DNA of 43,577 nt, taken from contig NC_068992.1 of assembly GCF_001194135.2 (NCBI RefSeq), forward strand, positions 63,163,515-63,207,091. Direction: 5' to 3'. The notes beneath the pieces were generated by a model. It searched no databases. It saw nothing but the letters and a program-made list of their open reading frames with translations, and had not been told where the DNA came from. A program made the position numbers and the translations under genes. Numbering within the stretch: position 1 is the first letter of the stretch; each line of letters opens with the position of its first letter. This DNA is from Octopus bimaculoides (taxonomy: Eukaryota). This document shows, piece after piece, positions 36,383 through 43,577 of this stretch.

Positions 36383-37990
36383 ACACACACACACACACAT
36401 CAGCAACATCACCCTCCCAACGAACACCACCACCACCACAAAAGTCAGAGCCAAAGACAGAACCCAGATCTCTGCCAGACATTTATGAGGGGAACAAACG
36501 AAGAATATAAAGTATGGCACCTAAGATGATATGATCTGTGAAGACCGCGTCATGTTTTATGGCTGACGTAAAAACGTGTTACAAGACGGTAATAAGAGAA
36601 TTGGTATATGGGGATGACGCGAAGGCAAAGATTGAGACACAAAAGGAAGGATGTGGAAAGGTGGAGGTGGGATTTATTGTTGAAGGTGGATCACATGACT
36701 TTCAGAAATACCAAAAAGCAGGGTTGAATTTCCATTGCTGTGGTGGAATATAAGCACAGAAACAACAGCGAATGAACGAGCGAAAGAACGACCCAGTTTT
36801 TAGCTGAAAAAGTCAAGAGACGTGAGATGGTGATTCTTATTGTGTACGTTGCTTCCGCTACGTTCATTGTTTGTTATTTCAAACACTGAGAAGAGAGCTA
36901 GTAGATGGAATGAAAGAATGAAGGAAGGAATGACAGAAAGAAAGGAGGAAAGAAAGGAGGCGATTTGGAAGGAGGAGGAAGATGAGGAGGTGAGGTGATT
37001 GTTGTTGTGACGAGGTGGGAAGGTAAATATATGTGTATGTGTAAACGTATACATANNNNNNNNNNNNNNNNNNNNNNNNNNNNNNNNNNNNNNNNNNNNN
37101 NNNNNNNNNNNNNNNNNNNNNNNNNNNNNNNNNNNNNNNNNNNNNNNNNNNNNNNNNNNNNNNNNNNNNNNNNNNNNNNNNNNNNNNNNNNNNNNNNNNN
37201 NNNNNNNNNNNNNNNNNNNNNNNNNNNNNNNNNNNNNNNNNNNNNNNNNNNNNNNNNNNNNNNNNNNNNNNNNNNNNNNNNNNNNNNNNNNNNNNNNNNN
37301 NNNNNNNNNNNNNNNNNNNNNNNNNNNNNNNNNNNNNNNNNNNNNNNNNNNNNNNNNNNNNNNNNNNNNNNNNNNNNNNNNNNNNNNNNNNNNNNNNNNN
37401 NNNNNNNNNNNNNNNNNNNNNNNNNNNNNNNNNNNNNNNNNNNNNNNNNNNNNNNNNNNNNNNNNNNNNNNNNNNNNNNNNNNNNNNNNNNNNNNNNNNN
37501 NNNNNNNNNNNNNNNNNNNNNNNNNNNNNNNNNNNNNNNNNNNNNNNNNNNNNNNNNNNNNNNNNNNNNNNNNNNNNNNNNNNNNNNNNNNNNNNNNNNN
37601 NNNNNNNNNNNNNNNNNNNNNNNNNNNNNNNNNNNNNNNNNNNNNNNNNNNNNNNNNNNNNNNNNNNNNNNNNNNNNNNNNNNNNNNNNNNNNNNNNNNN
37701 NNNNNNNNNNNNNNNNNNNNNNNNNNNNNNNNNNNNNNNNNNNNNNNNNNNNNNNNNNNNNNNNNNNNNNNNNNNNNNNNNNNNNNNNNNNNNNNNNNNN
37801 NNNNNNNNNNNNNNNNNNNNNNNNNNNNNNNNNNNNNNNNNNNNNNNNNNNNNNNNNNNNNNNNNNNNNNNNNNNNNNNNNNNNNNNNNNNNNNNNNNNN
37901 NNNNNNNNNNNNNNNNNNNNNNNNNNNNNNNNNNNNNNNNNNNNNNNNNNNNNNNNNNNNNNNNNNNNNNNNNNNNNNNNNNNNNNNNNN

Positions 37991-38036
<46 letters not shown>

Positions 38037-39418
38037 TTTAATCAAAAGATTAAATGTGATACTTTATTACTATAAGTATAGTTATCATTTATTTGGGCAC
38101 TTGTTAGCATTTTCTTTTTGAAATTTAGCACAACTAAGTTTAACAACAGTATTATCCCTACTCTCTTTAATCTTTCCAACAGCTGAAGTGCGAATTTGTA
38201 TGTTTCTAGGGTCCATGTTTATGTCCTTTCGAACTACATTATTAATGATATTGGAATTAGTACTAATTTAAATAGGGTATCCCTCAAATACTTTCAGACA
38301 ATTAGTAGTGGTAGGAAAATCATAGTCATTCAGGAGATGGTATTTCTTTCTTTATAACCAAACCTAGTTAGAGCCTTATTATAGTAGCTAATGTTATGGT
38401 CGAAGATGTCTTAAATAGTAAAGAGCATTGATATACGAGAGGATATACCATTGATCTAGAATACTATGACTGCTCTTGGATGGTTCGAAAAGCGATTAAC
38501 ATATAGTTAGATGCTGATTTGGTTTGTGAAAAGGCTTGGAGAGACCTGTATTAAGACCTAAAGTAATGTCTTGTTAGTTAACTATCTTTTCAGCTGTCAT
38601 TAAATGTAAAAGACAAGCCTAGATTTTTAAAGTATCGTATAAGTTTTTCCTAGTTCTATCATAGCTTGCAGTACTAGAATTACGTTTAATGAGCAAAACA
38701 TCGTCCTTGTAAAGACCGCCTTTAAGGTTCTGAAATTCACCCTTAATGCAATATAAGTATAGCCCCACACGTGGCTAAAAATCAATTTATGTAATTTGTT
38801 TATATTTTTATATACTTTTTATGCTATTTATTTTTTACTTTAGCTAATTTCGCTTCCTTCTTTACTCATCAAATCAATCTAATTTTGCCCAGTTTTCGGC
38901 ATTCGGTACAAGATTCTTATTATATATATATATATATATNNNNNNNNNNNNNNNNNNNNNNNNNNNNNNNNNNNNNNNNNNNNNNNNNNNNNNNNNNNNN
39001 NNNNNNNNNNNNNNNNNNNNNNNNNNNNNNNNNNNNNNNNNNNNNNNNNNNNNNNNNNNNNNNNNNNNNNNNNNNNNNNNNNNNNNNNNNNNNNNNNNNN
39101 NNNNNNNNNNNNNNNNNNNNNNNNNNNNNNNNNNNNNNNNNNNNNNNNNNNNNNNNNNNNNNNNNNNNNNNNNNNNNNNNNNNNNNNNNNNNNNNNNNNN
39201 NNNNNNNNNNNNNNNNNNNNNNNNNNNNNNNNNNNNNNNNNNNNNNNNNNNNNNNNNNNNNNNNNNNNNNNNNNNNNNNNNNNNNNNNNNNNNNNNNNNN
39301 NNNNNNNNNNNNNNNNNNNNNNNNNNNNNNNNNNNNNNNNNNNNNNNNNNNNNNNNNNNNNNNNNNNNNNNNNNNNNNNNNNNNNNNNNNNNNNNNNNNN
39401 NNNNNNNNNNNNNNNNNN

Positions 39419-39452
<34 letters not shown>

Positions 39453-42400
39453 GCACACATATATGTACATGTGTGTGCATATATGTGCATTTGTATATAA
39501 GACTCTACGTATTCAGCGGACGATGCGTAATTTCTTGTATCTTTAACAATTTTACATCTGCTAAAATTTCCGTCTTTCTTCCGATATTCTTCTCCAGGAA
39601 TGGTATGACCTGCGGCTGACATGGAATCCTGAGGACTTTGGCGGAGAGACCATGCTCCATATTCCATCCGAAGACCTTTGGAGACCCGACATCGTTGTCT
39701 ACAACAAGTTAAGTCCTTTCCTTTCTTCATCTCTCTCATATTTTCTGGGTTTTCCTTTTCTTCTCCTTTATTTTCTAATTAGCATTTCCTTTCCCTCATC
39801 CTTTCTTTCTCTCCGATATCATGTCTTTTTAGATTCTTTAGTTTTTCCGATGTTGTACTATGCTTGGTTTTTTTTAACTTTCTTCTACAATTTCATGTAA
39901 CTTTCGACTTATTTCTTCTTTCTCTGTCTTTCTTCGTCTGTTTCCCTCTATGTATTTATCTCTTATTTATCTACTTATATATTTTTTGCTTCTTTGTCTT
40001 ACGCTTTGTTCGTTTGTTTTGTCGATTTGTTTTGCGTTTATTTCTTGTTGGTGTTTTTTCTTCTAAAACTTTCAAAACTGTTGTTCGCTAACAGCAATAC
40101 GGAAGAACTTTTGTGCAAACTTTAAAATAATCGACTAGCCCCTTCCCCTAAAATTAAGTACTTGTTGCGTATTGAGGTTGATCTAATCTACTGGCCCCTC
40201 CTCCCAAATTTCTAGAGTAGAAAAGAATATCTTCTGTTTCCACAAACGCATAAAAAAAATAGAAAAAAAAACGGGGGCGGGGAAAAACACCTCTAATTAT
40301 TTATTACTAATAAAATACAGTTTTCATTGCATTTTCTTCAGATAGCTTTTAAATGACTGTGATGTAATCACTGTAAAATACGACTTAGACATGTTTTTTT
40401 TTTGTTTTTTACCGTGACTTCATCTTCTGCTTCTACAAACGCCTCAAATTATGAAAAAATATCTTAAATATTATTATTTAGCGAATTCAGGAAATTTTCC
40501 ATGTAGATGTAAATTGCTGCACACCCCCATCCCTCCTTATGGAGGGACGGGGGGGTGCTGTAATTATAGCAAATAAATAAGTAGAGGCGATTTTTTCCGC
40601 ACGTTTTCTATTTTTCGATGCATTTCTTGAGACAGAAGGTTTCACAGAGCTCTAAGATTCTACACCATTTATTTTGATGTCCATTCACAACTTTCCTGCA
40701 CTGTTCCCATCACGAAATTGAAAACCGTGAAAAAACGTTAGCCCACTACTGAACACTAATATATACACATGCACACAGAGAAATATATAAATCCTGAACA
40801 ATCTTGAGATTCAAGTTTATAAAAATACATGTTTATATATGTATGAATTTGTGTGCATTGGGTAAACTTCAACAGAGCATTACTTAAATTTTCTCACCGA
40901 CATTGAATACATCCCGTAATTTTTTTAAATATGATTCAGAAATATAGATATAAAATCAATATATTCATATATATTTTCTTTCTTCTTTTCTTTCTCTTCT
41001 TGTTTCCAGCGCCGACGGGGATTTCGTAATCACAATGTTAACAAAGGCTCTTGTGTCGTACGATGGTAAAATAGTTTGGGAACCGCCTGCTATCTACAAA
41101 ACATATTGCCCTATAGACGTAGAATATTTTCCGTTCGATACCCAGTTATGCTTCATGAAATTCAGCTCCTGGACTTACGATGGTAACGAAGTTGACTTGA
41201 TCGACTTTTGCCACGGCACCGGTCAAACGCAAGTTGATGGCAAGGTTGTGATCGCGAATGGCATCGATATGAAAGGCTACTCTCAGAACTCTGAATGGGA
41301 AATTCTAAACGTAACATCAACTCGAGAGATCAAAACGTATCCATGCTGTCCAACACCTTACCCAATCATATTATACAACATAACAATGAGACGCATCCCT
41401 CAATTTTACACTTTGAACTTAATCATACCTTGTGTATCAATTTCGTTCTTGACTATTCTTGTATTCTATTTACCGTCCGTGAGTGGTGAGAAAATTACTC
41501 TGTCCATATCAGTTCTCTTGGCACTGACTGTATTCTTCTTGCTGCTTTCTGAAATCATTCCGCCCACTTCTCTTGTGATTCCTTTAATCTGTAAATACCT
41601 CATGTTCACTATGCTAATGGTGACGGCATCGCTATTTCTGACTGTCTACGTATTAAACGTCAATTACCGAACAACCACAACTCATACAATGTCCCAATGG
41701 GTGCGGTATTACTTTTTGGAAAGACTGCCCACTTTCCTTATGATGAAGCGACCCCGTTTCGAAGATGAGCCGCCGATTCTGCCACCGTCCAAGATGCAAA
41801 GTTTAAGTACCTTCGACGGAGAAGAACCCGTAGAAACTCGAAGCATCACACTCAACTGTAGAGGAGAGGTGCCGACATACGAGAACATGTGTCCGCACCA
41901 GACCATTGATGAACCTGACCCTGGGAAGATGGAGAAAATGCAAAGCCTTGATGACTGGACAGGTAAACTGGTGGAAGAGATGATAAGTAATGTGGAATAT
42001 ATTGCCAGCACCAAAAAAGATGTCGAAGAAGGCAGTGCTGTGAGTATAAACGTTTCTTCTTTTACTGTAGACTAAGGTGGTGAGCTGGCAGAATCCTTAG
42101 CACAAATGATTATTACAAATTATAATTTGTTTATAGTGGTCAAATATATATGTTATACATTGGCTCACTCCATCCATCAAATCGACGTTCCCTGAATAGG
42201 TGCACGCCAGGTGTTGAGGTGAACGTAGAGTAACGTGAGAAGTGTTTTACTGAAGAACACAATGCACCACGACCTCACAATCATGAGTGCAACATTGTGA
42301 CCAATAGGCCATGGGCCTTTACAAATAGTCTATATAAAATACCGATCAACTAACACCCACATCAGTATCCTCTTCAAATCGAAGCCGATAACATCGATGC

Positions 42401-42815
42401 ATGTTATCAATAATAATTTCAAATTTTTGGAACAAACCTAGCAATTCCTAATACTCAATTGGTACTTAATTTATCGGCCCCGAAAGAATGAAAGGTAAAG
42501 TCGACTTCAGCAGATTTTGAACTCAGAATGTAAAGACGAACAAAATGCCGCTAAGCATATTGCCCGGCGCGCTACCGATTCTGCCATCATGTCACCTTAA
42601 TGTAGCTTTTATCTTTTATCTTTTACTTGTTTCAGTCATTAGACTGCGGCCATACTGGGGCACTGCCTTGAATTTTTAGTCGAATAGATCTACTCCAGTA
42701 CTTATTTTTTAAGTCTGGTACTTATTCAATCGGTCTCTTTTGCCGAACCGCTAGATTACGGGGACGTAAACACACTAACACTGATTGTCAAGTAGTGATG
42801 GGAGGACAAACACAG

Positions 42816-42852
<37 letters not shown>

Positions 42853-43473
42853 TATATATGTATATACGACGGGCTTCTTTCAGTTTCAGTCTACCAAATT
42901 CACTCACAAGGATTTGGTCGGTCCGAGGAGGTTATAGTAGAATAAACTTGCCAAAGATGCCACACAGTGAGACAGAACCCGGAACTGCATGGTTGAGAAG
43001 CAAGCTTCTTACCACACTGCCACTCCTACGCCTATGTTAACAAATAATAAATAATTAACAAATAATAAATTAATTGAAATAAATTTAAAATTGCTCAATT
43101 TGTTTTCATCAGCTTACATAATAAAAATTGTTTGCAGAGAAAGTAAACTGCACATTGAAGTGCAAAAAGGGCTCTGGACCACACACTGAAATATCACATA
43201 AGACTGCATACGCAGGTCATCATATTACCGCGATTTCTCATCCCTATTCATATCAATTTTTTATTAACGTTTCTCCTTGTTCTTTTCTTCTATTTGCAGG
43301 CGGTGCGTGATTGGGCCTACATCTCAACGTTGATAGATCGATTATTCCTTTGGGTCTTTAGTGTGATTTGTACGATCGGAACCGTTGTCATTTACCTGAA
43401 TGCACCCTCACACTTTGACACTAGGCCTAGTTTAGCAGCAGGAGATTTCGTCAATCTTTCCTGCACTTTTTGA
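33906..43473 (+). CDS. CHRNA-like: Nicotinic acetylcholine receptor alpha-type subunit (Cys-loop ligand-gated cation channel), 5'-incomplete spliced gene: join(33906..33950,39598..39707,41010..42039,43300..43473)
   Basis: Four exons with AG/GT boundaries splice in frame: [15 protein letters not shown]|[16 protein letters not shown]...WRPDIVVYN|NADGDF...[15 protein letters not shown]...SSWTY...YPCCPTPY...M1-M3...|[20 protein letters not shown]...TF*. Cys-loop codons at 41107 and 41149 (13 residues between), vicinal CC at 41344-41349, M2 [23 protein letters not shown]. Exact paralogue cannot be assigned without a tree. Confidence 0.97.
34929..35026. repeat. Second copy of the HHR-core palindrome family
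   Basis: CTGACGA (34976-34982)...GAAAC-ttcgaa-GCC-actgtcaacaa; arms match 24261-24363. Confidence 0.75.
36235..36295 (+). ncRNA. Candidate type I (minimal, Penelope-type) hammerhead ribozyme in nAChR intron
   Basis: GATAA-CTGAAGA-GATG...CATC-c-GAA-AC(tcgga)GT-T^TTATC; 5-bp stem I, extended stem II with one extra C before GAAA, near-palindromic stem III ACTC(G)GAGT. Confidence 0.65.
37056..37990. other. Largest assembly gap (others include 8623-8999, 18518-18955, 26295-27049, 38940-39418)
   Basis: Runs of N, almost always flanked by (TA)n/(CA)n. Confidence 1.
38040..38800 (-). mobile_element. Penelope-like element reverse transcriptase fragment (pseudogenised)
   Basis: Minus strand with stops/frameshifts: GLYKDD..., [40 protein letters not shown] - the motif order of Penelope RT (GLYRDD...VNFLDVTL...KPY.KPN...SNHP...RIS...Y..AL...GY). 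Confidence 0.8.
39598..39707 (+). CDS. CHRNA-like: nAChR 110-nt exon (EWYD...WRPDIVVYN; loop A)
   Basis: tctccag acceptor, gttaag donor at 39708, phase 0/2; W-x-P-D-I-V-x-Y-N-N motif. Confidence 0.97.
41010..42039 (+). CDS. CHRNA-like: nAChR large exon (Cys-loop, loops B/C/E/F, M1-M3, most of the cytoplasmic loop)
   Basis: tgtttccag acceptor, gtgagt donor at 42040; corresponds to ORF 41035..42075, which merely reads through the donor to a stop. Confidence 0.97.
42414..42600 (-). mobile_element. SINE family 2 copy in the last nAChR intron
   Basis: Matches 6628-6838. Confidence 0.8.
42605..43035 (-). mobile_element. SINE family 1 copy in the last nAChR intron
   Basis: Reverse complement of the 6921-7365 architecture. 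Confidence 0.88.
43300..43473 (+). CDS. CHRNA-like: nAChR last coding exon (M4 + extracellular C-terminal tail, TGA at 43471-43473)
   Basis: tatttgcag acceptor; [57 protein letters not shown]; the DW...IDRLFLW motif is diagnostic of M4. Confidence 0.95.
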   Translation, partial: AVRDWAYISTLIDRLFLWVFSVICTIGTVVIYLNAPSHFDTRPSLAAGDFVNLSCTF

Positions 43474-43577
43474 GCATGTTACTCTACTGTACCTCTAATA
43501 CATGTTAGTCTTGTTTTTGTTCTTATTGGTGGTGGTAGTATATATACATACATATGTATGTATATATATATATATAT

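Noticed and set aside
41035-42075. Single-exon 346-aa receptor, or a cephalopod chemotactile receptor
   Set aside because: The ORF is one exon of a spliced gene (strong donor at 42040, M4 exon at 43300). The ACh-binding aromatics and vicinal Cys are retained, unlike chemotactile receptors.

Overview
Eukaryotic, AT-rich, microsatellite-saturated scaffold with about 4 kb of N gaps. The repeat families and microsatellite style suggest an Octopus/coleoid cephalopod short-read assembly (inference). The only supportable protein-coding gene is a plus-strand nicotinic acetylcholine receptor alpha-type subunit. Four exons are visible (33906-33950, 39598-39707, 41010-42039, 43300-43473); I could not find the signal-peptide exon or the 'RPV...QLIDV' exon. 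The protein keeps the Cys-loop, the loop A/B/C aromatics, vicinal cysteines and a cation-type M2, but has several unusual substitutions. The rest is SINEs (at least three modular tRNA-headed families), decayed LINEs (CR1/L2-group, RTE-group, REL-endonuclease R4-like), a Penelope-like RT fragment, MITEs and Helentron-like ends. The most striking non-coding signal is a set of hammerhead ribozyme (HHR) motifs. These are a 318-bp tandem repeat with one type I HHR per unit (retrozyme-like, 1271-2540), a near-intact HHR in nAChR intron sequence overlapped by a perfect 19-bp hairpin (36199-36295), and palindromic elements built from inverted HHR-like cores. Nearly all other ORFs in the supplied track are microsatellite or N-gap artefacts. 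All structure and homology calls were made by eye and from recall, not by database search.
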